64,000 nt of DNA from an uncultured Bdellovibrionales bacterium (lineage in GTDB: Bacteria > Bdellovibrionota > UBA1018 > CAIPTA01), in assembly GCA_964416595.1 (NCBI GenBank), contig CAYQES010000004.1:5588-69587 (forward strand), given 5' to 3'. The notes below the pieces were generated by a model. That model made no database searches. It worked only from the letters and a program-made list of their open reading frames with translations, and was not told the DNA's origin. The position numbers and the translations under genes are program-made. Of the stretch, positions 1-10,020 are shown piece by piece; the first letter of the stretch is position 1; the number at the start of each line of letters is the position of its first letter.

Positions 1-555
1 ATTCCTAAAGGAATGCAGGTGGTGCTCCAGAGTGAGAATGGCCTTCTTGGCATTGGCCCTTTTCCCACAGAGGATAAAGTAGATCCTGATCTCATCAATG
101 CGGGTAAACAAACAATTACCGAAATACCTGGTTCCAGTTATTTTTCCTCGGCAGATTCATTCGCCATGATCCGTGGAGGGCATATTGATCTCTGCGTGCT
201 CGGTGCCATGCAGGTGGACGTGAAAGGTAACTTGGCCAACTGGATGATCCCCGGTAAAATGGTGAAGGGAATGGGCGGTGCCATGGATTTGGTGGCCGGT
301 TCCCGCAAAATCGTGATTGCCATGCAACATGTTTCCAAAGAGGGCGAATCCAAGATCCTCGAGGAATGCACCTTGCCGCTCACAGGCATTCATTGCGTGA
401 GCACGGTGGTTACGGAATTGGCTGTGCTGGAACTCCAGCAGGGCAAGGCGTTTCGTTTAAAAGAGCGGGCGCCAGGCGTGAGCGTGGACGAAATCAAAAA
501 AGCCACGGCTGCTCCTTTGTTGGTGGAGGGGAACGTTCCTGAAATGACGTTCTAA
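1..555 (+). CDS. scoB: 3-oxoacid CoA-transferase subunit B (succinyl-CoA:3-ketoacid CoA transferase B), 5'-truncated by window edge
   Basis: Translation ([29 protein letters not shown]...[23 protein letters not shown]...[20 protein letters not shown]) matches the C-terminal two-thirds of ScoB/AtoA family. The frame is open to position 1. Confidence 0.8.
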   Translation: MPKGMQVVLQSENGLLGIGPFPTEDKVDPDLINAGKQTITEIPGSSYFSSADSFAMIRGGHIDLCVLGAMQVDVKGNLANWMIPGKMVKGMGGAMDLVAGSRKIVIAMQHVSKEGESKILEECTLPLTGIHCVSTVVTELAVLELQQGKAFRLKERAPGVSVDEIKKATAAPLLVEGNVPEMTF

Positions 556-589
556 CCACCGGGAGTGGTTCGGGCGGGAAGCGGGAAAC

Positions 590-1621
590 GTGGTCTCTGT
601 TCAGCATTTAAAAAAAGGCGACATCCTCATGAAAGAGGGTGAAACCAGTAACTCCATGTATTGGGTGCAGTCGGGCACGCTCCGGCTTTTCAAGAAAAAG
701 GGGTCCGGCTTCATCGAGCTCGGCGTGGTGCACTCTGGGGAAGTGGTGGGGGATATGAGTTTCCTCGATAACCAACCCCGTTCCGCTTCCGTGGAAGCCC
801 TCCAACCTTGCGATATCGTGGAAATCCCAAGAGGAAAGTTCGACGAATTCATCGCCGCCCAACCCGCCTGGATGAAATCTTTGGTGCAAACTTTGGTGAA
901 GCGCTTACGCAGCACCAATAATCGCCTGCGGGAGTTGGAAAATTCTTCCATGGTGTACACCAAAGACGAAGAAGGCCGTACCACCAAGGTGCATGAATTT
1001 TTGTCTACGGCGGAAACTTTGAAGTTAAGTTCCGCTATTTTGCTCGCAGCCAGCAGGAACGGCGAAAAGAATGCGGATGGCTCTCCCAAGATAAAAGCCG
1101 GTTGGGTGCAGTTTTATGGCTCCCAGATTTTCGGCGTGCAGCTTTCCAAGATCCAAACCTTTATCGATGTGCTCAACGATGCCAAAATCTTGCGCATCGA
1201 AAAAGGCAAAGATCAGGTGGATCTACATTTATTGCAGTTAGATCGCTTGGAAAAATTTATGTATTTCTCCCATGAGGAGAATGGCAAAACCGAAGATAAA
1301 CAATTACCCCTCACCGATAAGGGCGTAGCAATCCTCGAGTTCGTGGCCGAATTTAGCGAGATCAGTAAAGCCAAGGGCGAAACTTTTTCCGTGGATATGG
1401 AACAAGTGTTTCAAAAGGCTGCCGCTGCCAAGAATGAAAAAATTCCCTTCGAGTGGGAAGCGTTTAAAGAATTGGTGAAGGGCGGTTTTGCCCAGGAAGT
1501 GCGGGCCGAAGGCACGGCGAAAACGGCTGTGTTTCAGTTACCCCGCTTCCAAGCCCTGGCGCCTTTGATTTCGCTCCGGCAGCGTTTCCGGGAGCTGAAT
1601 GTGCAGAAGCGGGATGTGTAG
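590..1621 (+). CDS. cyclic nucleotide-binding (cNMP/Crp-like) domain protein with uncharacterised C-terminal domain
   Basis: The N-terminal 120 aa carry a cNMP-binding beta-barrel signature (GDILMKEGE...YWVQSGTLRLF...GEVVGDMSFLD...PRSASVEAL). The remaining ~220 aa have no recognisable motif. Confidence 0.6.
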   Translation: MVSVQHLKKGDILMKEGETSNSMYWVQSGTLRLFKKKGSGFIELGVVHSGEVVGDMSFLDNQPRSASVEALQPCDIVEIPRGKFDEFIAAQPAWMKSLVQTLVKRLRSTNNRLRELENSSMVYTKDEEGRTTKVHEFLSTAETLKLSSAILLAASRNGEKNADGSPKIKAGWVQFYGSQIFGVQLSKIQTFIDVLNDAKILRIEKGKDQVDLHLLQLDRLEKFMYFSHEENGKTEDKQLPLTDKGVAILEFVAEFSEISKAKGETFSVDMEQVFQKAAAAKNEKIPFEWEAFKELVKGGFAQEVRAEGTAKTAVFQLPRFQALAPLISLRQRFRELNVQKRDV

Positions 1622-1781
1622 AGCTAGCTGCCCCCTTTAATTGTTGATGGTGGGGCGGTTCAGAAACTTTACCTTGGGCGCCCAAGGTGAGCGATTTTCT
1701 CTGATAAAAATTTAGCTTCGTTTACACGCTGACGCATCCTTCATCTATAAAGCACTCATATATAAGAACCGATGAGAGATT

Positions 1782-4700
1782 GTGGAAATCTTTCGCAAAA
1801 TTTCGCTTTTTCTTTTTCTGCACTTGCTGTTGATAACGCAAGTTATGGCCGCGCCTACGGCGCTGGAGAGACGCTCCAAAGACCTCAAAGAATGGGGAAA
1901 TAGAGTTCGAGACGAAATGGGAACTTTGCTGACTCCACCTGCGGGCAGCATAGATCCTGCGGTAGCGGCGGCTCGCACTAAAATCCAAGAGATTGTGGAA
2001 AATTTGGCGGGGGAACGTTTAAAAAATGCACCCTTTCAATTGGTGATAAACTTATTCGAAGGCCCGGTGCCCAATGCCTACATGAACAACGTGGATGCTT
2101 CTTACCAAGAAAAAAAAGGTCTCCTTACGCGCATAAAAAAAATGCTGGGCGCAAAAGACAAACCTGTTTTTGAGTTGGGCATCAGCACCGAGCTTTTAAG
2201 GTTAGCCAGTACCGAAGATGAATTAGCTTTTATCGTGGGCCATGAATTGGGCCATTTGCTGGAAGGCCATGTGCACACTCACGCGGGCGAGGATCGATCA
2301 AAGCACTGGTGGTCGAGCCAAGCCAACGAAGTGGCCGCGGACTATGAAGGCCTACGCATGATGCGGGGGAAATATGATCTTACGGCCGGCATAGATATTC
2401 TCGCTAAATTGAAATCACTTCAGGCCGCCGACGAAAATCTCTTGCGGGGAGCCATTTTTTCCGGTTTAGGCACCCACCATCATGAAGGGCCGCGCTTTAG
2501 TTTAATGCAAGCGAATATCGAAAATTTACGGCGCACTCATTTGGATGCACAACCTCGGCAAAGGCTTCCCTTGGAAGAGGATTTACGTGTTCTAGGGGGG
2601 AGAAAAAGAGGAGGACAAGACGCCCAGATCTTTGAAAAAAATAAAGGCTTGGTGCAGGAAATTGTGGAGAAATATTTCCTGCCCGAAAAAAAATTTCCTA
2701 TTTCTTTTGAAGATGAGCATTATCTTTTCGATACGCCAAAAAAATTCGATAAGATATTTGACGCGGGAGAAGTATTAAGCGATCGGCAAATCCACGACAC
2801 TTTCCTCTATAATTTTAACCTAATCAAGAAGGCAAACGCCAGTAAGCAAGCGAAAGTAAATTCCCTGCTGAAGTTAGCACTATTATCTGACTATTATGTA
2901 GCCGCTAAAAATAGTAATGGTCACGTTTGGCAAATCCTATCGCCTAAGGAACTACAGGAAGTCACGCATTTTTTGGCTAGTCAAAGTGTAGGCGAAGGCG
3001 CTTGGCAGCTAAAAGGTTTTTTTGATTCTATTCAATATTCAACGGTGAAGGAAGTTTTATTGCAAAGCTTTCTCGCTAGCCCAAACCTCCAAAAGGAAAT
3101 ACAGCGCCTGGGGAAAACCATCCCTGCCTGGCACACATTCTATGATGATTTGTTGGCCAAGGTATTATTGGAAAACGACAAGATAAAGCTTAACGAGATT
3201 TCAAGAATTTTAAATACGCATCCCCCCCTCTTTTTTTCCAAAGAGACAATTCAAGAATCCGTTGGGGGGAAAAAAGTACGTGTAGTTCGCTATAAAATGC
3301 AGCCAACGGGCGCCCAAAATATTGAAACCATTTTTCGAATTTTAGGCACACAAAATTTAGCGGCGATTGTAAGGGAACAGCCCATAGAGGCACTGGACCT
3401 TTACGAAAAAACAAAAAATTTAGATGGAGTGAAAAATCCTCTGGAAAAGGAATTTTTAGTGAGAATGCGGCCGTTTTTGGAGCCGGCTCTGCGTGATTTA
3501 CAAGCTGACTATTTTTCTGTGTTTACTTCTCATCTTGCAAAGAGTAACAAACCATACCGCTACCACGGTGCTGTAGAAAATATTCTACTCTTTGAAAAGA
3601 GCATGGGAGCCAACCCAGCCTTTGATCATCCCACTCGCAACCTCTTTCTAGAAATTTCGGAGCTTTTCCCAAAACTCGGCAAAGACGTTGTGAACACAAT
3701 GCAATCCCCCATATTTGTAGACTACCTATCAAAGATGCTGGTGGATCCCACCATTCCTTTAGAGAAAAAGGAAAACCTATTCAACTGGCTAATCGCAGAT
3801 AGCATCGGAAAAATGCCTCTTTTCCAGGAAGAAGAAAAAAATCAGAAAATGTTGGCCCGGATTTCGGAATACTTTCAACAAAATTGGGATCGCGAAAAAT
3901 TGCAGAAATTTTTGACCAGTGGGGCTTTAAAGGCAAAAACAAAAAAGAAGATCGAAGCTTTTCAAGAGAGAATAAAGGCGGAGCCCTCACTTCTTTCATC
4001 CCAATCGCATGAATTGCATTATTTTTTAGGGCAGCCGCTGGAGGAAAAAAATGGCTTTTTAGCAATGTTAAGTCATTTGGAGGGAAAGGAAAAAATATTC
4101 GATTATTCTTCCCTCGACAAATATCTAGCGTGGAGAAACTCATATAAACAGTTGTCCCTAAAAGAGGTGGAAAGAGTTTCCGGAAAAAAATACATAAAAG
4201 ATGCGGTTGAATATCTTAATTTCACAGATATCAACTCCGCCTCGTTTCTTTTGGATGTTTTCGTGCAAAATCAGTCTCAGGCAACCAGTTATGCCAGCTG
4301 GAAAAAGAATTTTTTAGCCATTGTTCAGAATTTTCCCCAGGTGTTGGATGCTAATCAAAAGTACCGGCAAGAGCTCATGCCTTTTCTGGAAAAGAAATGG
4401 TTTGAGGGGTTGCCCATAGAAAAAATTGCAAAGGAATTGGAAAATCCTCACATCCGCGCCATCCTTAACCCTGAGCAATTGGCCGATTATTTATCTCGTT
4501 ACGCTTTAGCGAGATTGGACGGAGTGCTTTACACCAATACGCGCGCCAAGGATTTGTTGGAGAAAATAGAAAAAACCTACGTTTTAAAAGAAAATCCTGA
4601 AGCCAGAGAAATTTTTAAAGAGAAGTTCTTGGTGGGCATGAAAGCCCAACCTGGGCAGGCTGATAAACTTTTTCCTAACCTAACTAAGGCTTTTACCACC

Positions 4701-6419
4701 ACGGAACTTACTACTAGCATGAATGAGCCCATCCGGGGCCTCAGCACGATGGTGGCCCTTACGCGGCCGGAGCCTGTGGAAGAGCAATTGAAGATGATTG
4801 ACTATCTTTTAGGAAACCAAGATGAGGTTCCCACTTTTTTTAAAAAAGCGGTGGCAAAGGTTGATGCGAACAAATTGCCCCGGGCCAACAATCTTTTGTT
4901 ACTAGCCCGTTCCCGCTTGAAAAATGCCACGCAAGTGGAACGTGCCGTGATGGTGAATAGTTTCTTGGCGGGCCCCAGTGGCCCAGGGGAATCGGACGCT
5001 GGAATAAAAGTGATCACGGATAAGATTTTGGCGAATGTAGATTCAAAAAACAAAGAATTGGCAGAAGTTTTTGCCAAGGCTTTACTCGATGCCAATAGCG
5101 ATATGCGCTCCTTGGCATTGAGCTACATTCTTGCTGGCCAAAAACCCGGCGTAGCTTTAAAGGAAGCAGATATTTTGGCGAGCTTGTTATTAATGCACGG
5201 AGTGCCCGGTATTAAGCTCGGCCAGTATTTAGGTTTTACGGAAGCATTTAAAGAGTACGCGGAAAAATTAGCAGACTTTCAGGATGCAGCCTCTCCTTTG
5301 AAATACGGAGAAGTGATTGATCTATTAGAAAAGCGCTTTGGCAAAGATTGGCCAAAAACCATGGAAGTAAAAGGTTTGCTGGGCTCCGGTTCCGTGAACG
5401 TGGCTGTGGAATTAGTGGATAAGAAAACCGGTCAATCCCAAGTGATTTCTATTTTACGTCCAGATATCCAGGTGTCCGCTCAAGATAGTTTCCGTAAAAT
5501 GAACGCACTTCTTGCGGAATTATCGAAGGTAAAGACATTAGGATACAACTTTGATTTCCTAAAAGGCCTATCCGGCATTGTGCAAAAATCTGTGGAACTG
5601 GAATTCGATAAGCAGGCAGCTTTCGATATGCAGCGAAGGGTGTTCGACCGTTACGAAGCTAAGAAAAATGGCTGGACAATCGAATCCGTGGAAGCACTTA
5701 AGATGGAGCATGACGGAATCTTTATGCAAAAAGCTAATGGAGTAACGGCCAAGAAACTTTTCCGCACCGATCCCGCTCTGTACAAACAGACCATGACGGC
5801 CATGAGTGAAGTGGAAATGGATATTCTCTTAGGGATTGGGAAAGATGGCAAACCTCATCCTGTTCCTCTCCACGCCAATCCGGACTTCCACGATGGGCAA
5901 GTGATCATTGATGTAGAAAATCGCAAAGTGCAGATTCTAGATTTCGGCCAGGCCGTGGAAATTTCAAATGCGGAGAGGAACCAAGCCATTGAAGTGTTGC
6001 GGGTGATTTCCAAGTCTGAGAGCGCAGAATCGGCCCAGAAGATTTTAAATCAACTTTCTAAGGAGATTAGTGGTAAGGAAGCATTCACTTTAGATGAAGT
6101 GAAGAAGCTCCTCAATAGCTCTTCTGACCGCATGGATTTATTTGTGAAACTTATTTCCCATATGCGCCTGAAAGAATCGGAGCTACCGCTGCCAGTGGTG
6201 CATTGGGTTTTGGGGGTAAATCGCCAGATAGAATTGGGTAAAAAAATCGGGGTGGATAATTTGGCGGTTTTCCGTAACTTGATCATCGCCCGTAAAGCGG
6301 GATTGAGTCCTAAGTTTTACAACCGTGCCCACTTGAGTTTTCGCTCCGTGAAAAAATTTGCCCGCACTTGCAAGGAGCGCTTTGGCCAGCTGCTTTTGCT
6401 TTCGCCTATTAGCCCTTAA
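1782..6419 (+). CDS. giant secreted multidomain protein: signal peptide + M48-like Zn-peptidase (HExxH...ExxAD) + long helical region + C-terminal ABC1/UbiB-like atypical kinase fold
   Basis: Single 1545-aa ORF with a GTG start. The N-terminus is hydrophobic (FLFLHLLLITQVMAAP). There is a HELGHLLEGH motif followed by NEVAADYEGL (third Zn-ligand motif of M48). C-terminal motifs read LGSGSVNVAVEL, ELEFDKQAAFD, HANPDFHDGQVIID and ILDFGQA, in ABC1 order. Confidence 0.7.
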   Translation: MEIFRKISLFLFLHLLLITQVMAAPTALERRSKDLKEWGNRVRDEMGTLLTPPAGSIDPAVAAARTKIQEIVENLAGERLKNAPFQLVINLFEGPVPNAYMNNVDASYQEKKGLLTRIKKMLGAKDKPVFELGISTELLRLASTEDELAFIVGHELGHLLEGHVHTHAGEDRSKHWWSSQANEVAADYEGLRMMRGKYDLTAGIDILAKLKSLQAADENLLRGAIFSGLGTHHHEGPRFSLMQANIENLRRTHLDAQPRQRLPLEEDLRVLGGRKRGGQDAQIFEKNKGLVQEIVEKYFLPEKKFPISFEDEHYLFDTPKKFDKIFDAGEVLSDRQIHDTFLYNFNLIKKANASKQAKVNSLLKLALLSDYYVAAKNSNGHVWQILSPKELQEVTHFLASQSVGEGAWQLKGFFDSIQYSTVKEVLLQSFLASPNLQKEIQRLGKTIPAWHTFYDDLLAKVLLENDKIKLNEISRILNTHPPLFFSKETIQESVGGKKVRVVRYKMQPTGAQNIETIFRILGTQNLAAIVREQPIEALDLYEKTKNLDGVKNPLEKEFLVRMRPFLEPALRDLQADYFSVFTSHLAKSNKPYRYHGAVENILLFEKSMGANPAFDHPTRNLFLEISELFPKLGKDVVNTMQSPIFVDYLSKMLVDPTIPLEKKENLFNWLIADSIGKMPLFQEEEKNQKMLARISEYFQQNWDREKLQKFLTSGALKAKTKKKIEAFQERIKAEPSLLSSQSHELHYFLGQPLEEKNGFLAMLSHLEGKEKIFDYSSLDKYLAWRNSYKQLSLKEVERVSGKKYIKDAVEYLNFTDINSASFLLDVFVQNQSQATSYASWKKNFLAIVQNFPQVLDANQKYRQELMPFLEKKWFEGLPIEKIAKELENPHIRAILNPEQLADYLSRYALARLDGVLYTNTRAKDLLEKIEKTYVLKENPEAREIFKEKFLVGMKAQPGQADKLFPNLTKAFTTTELTTSMNEPIRGLSTMVALTRPEPVEEQLKMIDYLLGNQDEVPTFFKKAVAKVDANKLPRANNLLLLARSRLKNATQVERAVMVNSFLAGPSGPGESDAGIKVITDKILANVDSKNKELAEVFAKALLDANSDMRSLALSYILAGQKPGVALKEADILASLLLMHGVPGIKLGQYLGFTEAFKEYAEKLADFQDAASPLKYGEVIDLLEKRFGKDWPKTMEVKGLLGSGSVNVAVELVDKKTGQSQVISILRPDIQVSAQDSFRKMNALLAELSKVKTLGYNFDFLKGLSGIVQKSVELEFDKQAAFDMQRRVFDRYEAKKNGWTIESVEALKMEHDGIFMQKANGVTAKKLFRTDPALYKQTMTAMSEVEMDILLGIGKDGKPHPVPLHANPDFHDGQVIIDVENRKVQILDFGQAVEISNAERNQAIEVLRVISKSESAESAQKILNQLSKEISGKEAFTLDEVKKLLNSSSDRMDLFVKLISHMRLKESELPLPVVHWVLGVNRQIELGKKIGVDNLAVFRNLIIARKAGLSPKFYNRAHLSFRSVKKFARTCKERFGQLLLLSPISP

Positions 6420-6420
6420 A

Positions 6421-6455
6421 ACAAAAAACCCCAGGTCAACGACCCAGGGTTTTTC
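6421..6455. terminator. bidirectional intrinsic terminator between convergent genes
   Basis: An A-tract, a GC stem (aaaaaaCCCcagg...cCAGGGttttt) and a T-tract sit between the stop of the 1782..6419 gene (+) and the stop of the 6474..7574 gene (-). Confidence 0.45.
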
Positions 6456-6473
6456 TTCGCTCAATAGAACTTT

Positions 6474-7574
6474 TTAGTTCTTCTGGTAATTCACCGTCAT
6501 CTGATCGGTGCCTTCGAAAGTATAGCTACCGTTCAACTTGATGAAGTAACCCGTGCGAGGGTTGCCCGAGGTTGGGAAGAACGAAGTGGGGTGGTTCGAT
6601 TTATAGCCTTCGTAGCTCCAGCCGTTCGAAGTGGACTGGGGAACCGTTACACCATTTTTCTTCACCACGATGCTGCCTACCATGGGGCTCTCATTGATCA
6701 CCACATAGTTGAAGATCACGGATTGCACTACTACCTGCAATTGGTTGGCAATGTTCGCCAAAGAGTAGTTTAACTCACTATTACAGAGGTTGTACCAACG
6801 GGAGCCTAGGTCGTCGGACATATCCATATAACGCTGACCGCGGAAAGAGTTACTGCCGTAGCAGTTACCACCGGGAGAAACCACAGAGTAGAATTTGCTC
6901 ATCTCGGAAGGTCCCTTCAAGCCGCTGAAGAGGTTCTTATACGTATTGTAAGCCGCGATCGATTGTGGGCTATTATAATCCAAGATCTGCACGCCGTCAG
7001 AACGGGTCGTATAGGTAACGCCCGTGGTGTCTTCACCGTTAGAAATCACGATGATGGCGAGAGCCGCATCGGGGCGCAAGAAGCCTGTGCTGGTCATGCT
7101 GGCTTGGGTGATATTCTGATAGATCTTTTCAAAGCCTTTATCGGCGCTGCCCACGGCAGAGTTCACGGAACGGATCCAGCCGTAATCGCCGGTGGCGTTG
7201 TTGAAAGAGTTGGCTTGGGAAGGAGATAAACAGCTTGTAACACCGGAGATGTCACTGCAATTGGAGGCGATCACGTATTTTCCGTTCATTGTTTTGTTGC
7301 TCAAAAGCGGTAATACAGTGAAGTGGAAATCCCAGTTGTCGCTGAGTCCACCCAAGAAGCCTTGCATTTGCTGCTGTAAAGTGTTGATCGGGCCGTACAT
7401 TACGGAATCCGAGTTGTCCTGAAAAACGATGATATCGATTTTCGGTTTCGTTACGGAATATTGACCAGCCACAGCCGAGGCTTGGAAATCTTGTTTTTGG
7501 AACTTGGCTTTTCCGCAGGCGGAAAGCAGTACCAAGGCGGCAACAAGGACTGGCATCGATTTACTGAACTTCAT
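6474..7574 (-). CDS. hypothetical lipoprotein (signal peptide with LSAC lipobox)
   Basis: 366-aa ORF whose N-terminus MKFSKSMPVLVAALVLLSACGK is a textbook SPase II signal. The protein is Ser/Asn/Gly-rich with no catalytic motif recognised. Confidence 0.6.
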   Translation of the reverse strand: MKFSKSMPVLVAALVLLSACGKAKFQKQDFQASAVAGQYSVTKPKIDIIVFQDNSDSVMYGPINTLQQQMQGFLGGLSDNWDFHFTVLPLLSNKTMNGKYVIASNCSDISGVTSCLSPSQANSFNNATGDYGWIRSVNSAVGSADKGFEKIYQNITQASMTSTGFLRPDAALAIIVISNGEDTTGVTYTTRSDGVQILDYNSPQSIAAYNTYKNLFSGLKGPSEMSKFYSVVSPGGNCYGSNSFRGQRYMDMSDDLGSRWYNLCNSELNYSLANIANQLQVVVQSVIFNYVVINESPMVGSIVVKKNGVTVPQSTSNGWSYEGYKSNHPTSFFPTSGNPRTGYFIKLNGSYTFEGTDQMTVNYQKN

Positions 7575-7799
7575 AATAACTCCTACGGTTCACAAGGAAC
7601 TTCAGGCATAGGAAAAGCAAGGCCGATGCCAAAAGGAGACATGTACAATCAATTATTATAACTAATTGAAACTAATGGAAAAATGCAGAAACTGGGCTTT
7701 TACCTAGGGCCGTGTAAAGAATATAGACCCTGGTAAAATGTCGTATTTTTATACAGCTGTAGAGTTGCTGTCACCCGCCGCCTGCCTAATACTATAAGG

Positions 7800-8609
7800 A
7801 TGGAAAACACCCTAAATTTGCTACTTCAGGACACAGCCCCTAAATGGTTTACCGTGGTGAATGCGCGCCCGGTGGGCCCCTTGAGCGCTAAGGAGATAGT
7901 CCAGCGGCTCCAGGCCCATGAATTGAGCTTTGCCTCCCATGTGTGGAAGGACGGCCTGAAGGGTTGGACACGGATTTACGACGTGATCGATTTTAAGCCC
8001 CTCTTGCCTGTGGAGCCCGAGCCTTCTTTGATCGGAGAAATACAAAAATCCACCCAGGTGAATCCACCGCCTTTATCGCCGAAGCAAAAACAAGATTTGC
8101 GCACTTGGTATGTGTATTTGGACGAAGCCAATTACGGCCCCATTTCCGACCAAGAAGTAATTGGTCTTGTGCAAGCCGGAAGGATCATGCCCTCCACTTA
8201 TATGTGGCAGAAGGGATTTTCCGATTGGCAGCAGGCCAAGGATATCGACATTTGGACCAAGCTCATGGGCGGCGCTAAAGCTCCTGCGGCTTCCGGCAAA
8301 CCTGCGGATAAAAGGGCTGCTCCCCGCAAACCCTTCGAAGCCAAGATCTTGCTCACGGACGGCAAAGAAGTGGGCTGGGCCATTTGCCGGGATATCAGTG
8401 TGGGCGGTATGCAAGTGCTCATGGATCATGCGCCTGGCCCCGCGGGCACTACACTCAAACTTAATGTGAATCCCCACGGCAATATTCCGAGCTTTGCTTG
8501 CGAAGGTTCCGTGGTGCGCATTCTAGAAGATGGCCGGGGTTTTAGTTTCCGCTTCCAAGCCCTTTCGCCAGAAGCCAAGAGCGCTATCGAGAAACATATC
8601 GGCCAATGA
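7800..8609 (+). CDS. c-di-GMP-binding PilZ domain protein with two N-terminal GYF-like (DUF4339-type) repeats
   Basis: ATG preceded by AAGGA. The C-terminal domain carries RxxxR (RAAPRK) and D-x-S-x-G-G (RDISVGG) PilZ motifs. The N-terminus has two ~50-aa repeats (W..VVNARPVGP...W.DG...W and W.VYLDEANYGP...W..GFSDW). Confidence 0.6.
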   Translation: MENTLNLLLQDTAPKWFTVVNARPVGPLSAKEIVQRLQAHELSFASHVWKDGLKGWTRIYDVIDFKPLLPVEPEPSLIGEIQKSTQVNPPPLSPKQKQDLRTWYVYLDEANYGPISDQEVIGLVQAGRIMPSTYMWQKGFSDWQQAKDIDIWTKLMGGAKAPAASGKPADKRAAPRKPFEAKILLTDGKEVGWAICRDISVGGMQVLMDHAPGPAGTTLKLNVNPHGNIPSFACEGSVVRILEDGRGFSFRFQALSPEAKSAIEKHIGQ

Positions 8610-9526
8610 TCGTTCATAGCGAAGACGGCACTCTCCTTTACTGTGAATCTTTTCTCGCGCCTAAATCCAAGGGTGCGGTTTTGGTTGTGCATGGTTTGGG
8701 AGAACATAGTGGTCGCTACGGTGAACTCGCAAAACATTTCCTCAAGCTTGGGCTCGATGTGCATACCGTGGATTTACGGGGCCATGGTCGCTCTCAAGGA
8801 ACCCGGGGCCATTTCACCTCCCTGGATGAATTGCACCAAGATTTGGACGCGTGGATCACACACCTCGTGAGCTCTGGTTCGTTGGCTTCTAAGCGCCCGT
8901 GTTTTTTGTTGGGTCATAGCTTGGGCGGTTTGGTGGCGCTCACCTATGTGTCTAAATACGTAAAACATCCCTTATTCCCAGAACTCACGGGCCTTTGCCT
9001 TTCAGCTCCTGCCTTGGGTTTGCGTTGGAACCCAGTGCGGGAAGTGGAAACCTTGATCGCTCGGCATTTGCCAAAATTTTTCCAGTCTTTGCAAGTGCCC
9101 TCAGGGATCGATCCTGCAGAACTTTCCCACGATGCCAAAGAAGTGCAAGCCTATGTGGAAGATCCTTTAGTGCACTCCTGGATCACCCCGGCTGCGTTTT
9201 TGGCCATGGAAGAGGGCATACGATCTTTGTCTAAATTCATCCCACAATTAAATTTACCCATTTTGTTTTTGCTGGGCGGCAAGGACAAAGTAGTTTCCAG
9301 CCGGGCCGCAGAATCCTACGCGAAGAAACTGTCAGTTGCTCATCCGGGTATGGTGGAGGTAAGGGTATTCCATACGTTCTTTCACGAACCCTTCCACGAA
9401 ACCAAAAGGGAACGGGCCTATTTAGAATGTAAGAAATGGATTTTAAAATGCCTGCAAGCCCCTTTAAAGAAAAGCTCCTCCAGATCCTCCGGGAAAGAAG
9501 TTACCGCGAAGGCGACTTTACACTAG
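8606..9526 (+). CDS. alpha/beta-hydrolase (lysophospholipase / monoacylglycerol-lipase-like)
   Basis: HGLGEHSGRY oxyanion region and GHSLGG nucleophile elbow. The start overlaps the upstream stop (ATGA). Confidence 0.7.
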   Translation: MIVHSEDGTLLYCESFLAPKSKGAVLVVHGLGEHSGRYGELAKHFLKLGLDVHTVDLRGHGRSQGTRGHFTSLDELHQDLDAWITHLVSSGSLASKRPCFLLGHSLGGLVALTYVSKYVKHPLFPELTGLCLSAPALGLRWNPVREVETLIARHLPKFFQSLQVPSGIDPAELSHDAKEVQAYVEDPLVHSWITPAAFLAMEEGIRSLSKFIPQLNLPILFLLGGKDKVVSSRAAESYAKKLSVAHPGMVEVRVFHTFFHEPFHETKRERAYLECKKWILKCLQAPLKKSSSRSSGKEVTAKATLH

Positions 9527-10020
9527 CCTCCGGAAAAAAAAGTTCCTTCTACTTAGACGTGAAAGAAACCGCGCTTCATCCGGAGGGTGCGTTTTTGATT
9601 GGCACTTTGGCGGTGGAATTATTTCAGCGGGAAGATCTTGCGCCTTACGCGGTGGGAGGGCTCACCCTGGGCGCCGATCCCTTAGCTACGGCGGTGAGTT
9701 TGGCGGCTTTCGCAAACGGCATGAAAATGCCGGCCTTCATTGTGCGGAAAGCCCCCAAAGATCACGGCACCCTCGCTTGGATCGAGGGCGCAAAAACCTT
9801 TCCTAAGGGCGCAAAACTGGTGGTGCTGGAAGATGTTGCAACCACGGGCGCCTCGGCATTAAAGGCTGTGGAAAAATTACGGGAAGCGGGATTTGCGGTG
9901 GAAGCGATTGTAACCGTGGTGGATCGCTTGGAAGGCGCTCGGGAAGCGGTAACGGCGGCTGGGATAAAATTTTTTAGTTTAAGTACCCTGCCCGAGATCC
10001 GTTCTGGAAGCTCAAGCTAG
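9436..10020 (+). CDS. pyrE: orotate phosphoribosyltransferase
   Basis: FKEKLLQILRERSYREGDFTLASGKKSSFYLD aligns with the PyrE N-terminus, and VVLEDVATTGAS is the PRPP-binding motif. The true start may be ATG 9448 (MPAS...). There is an 80-90 nt out-of-frame overlap with the upstream gene. Confidence 0.8.
   Translation: MDFKMPASPFKEKLLQILRERSYREGDFTLASGKKSSFYLDVKETALHPEGAFLIGTLAVELFQREDLAPYAVGGLTLGADPLATAVSLAAFANGMKMPAFIVRKAPKDHGTLAWIEGAKTFPKGAKLVVLEDVATTGASALKAVEKLREAGFAVEAIVTVVDRLEGAREAVTAAGIKFFSLSTLPEIRSGSSS

Noticed and set aside
6183-6464. 93-aa minus-strand ORF at the 3' end of the giant gene
   Set aside because: It is antisense to the last 230 nt of the 1545-aa ORF and overlaps the terminator hairpin.
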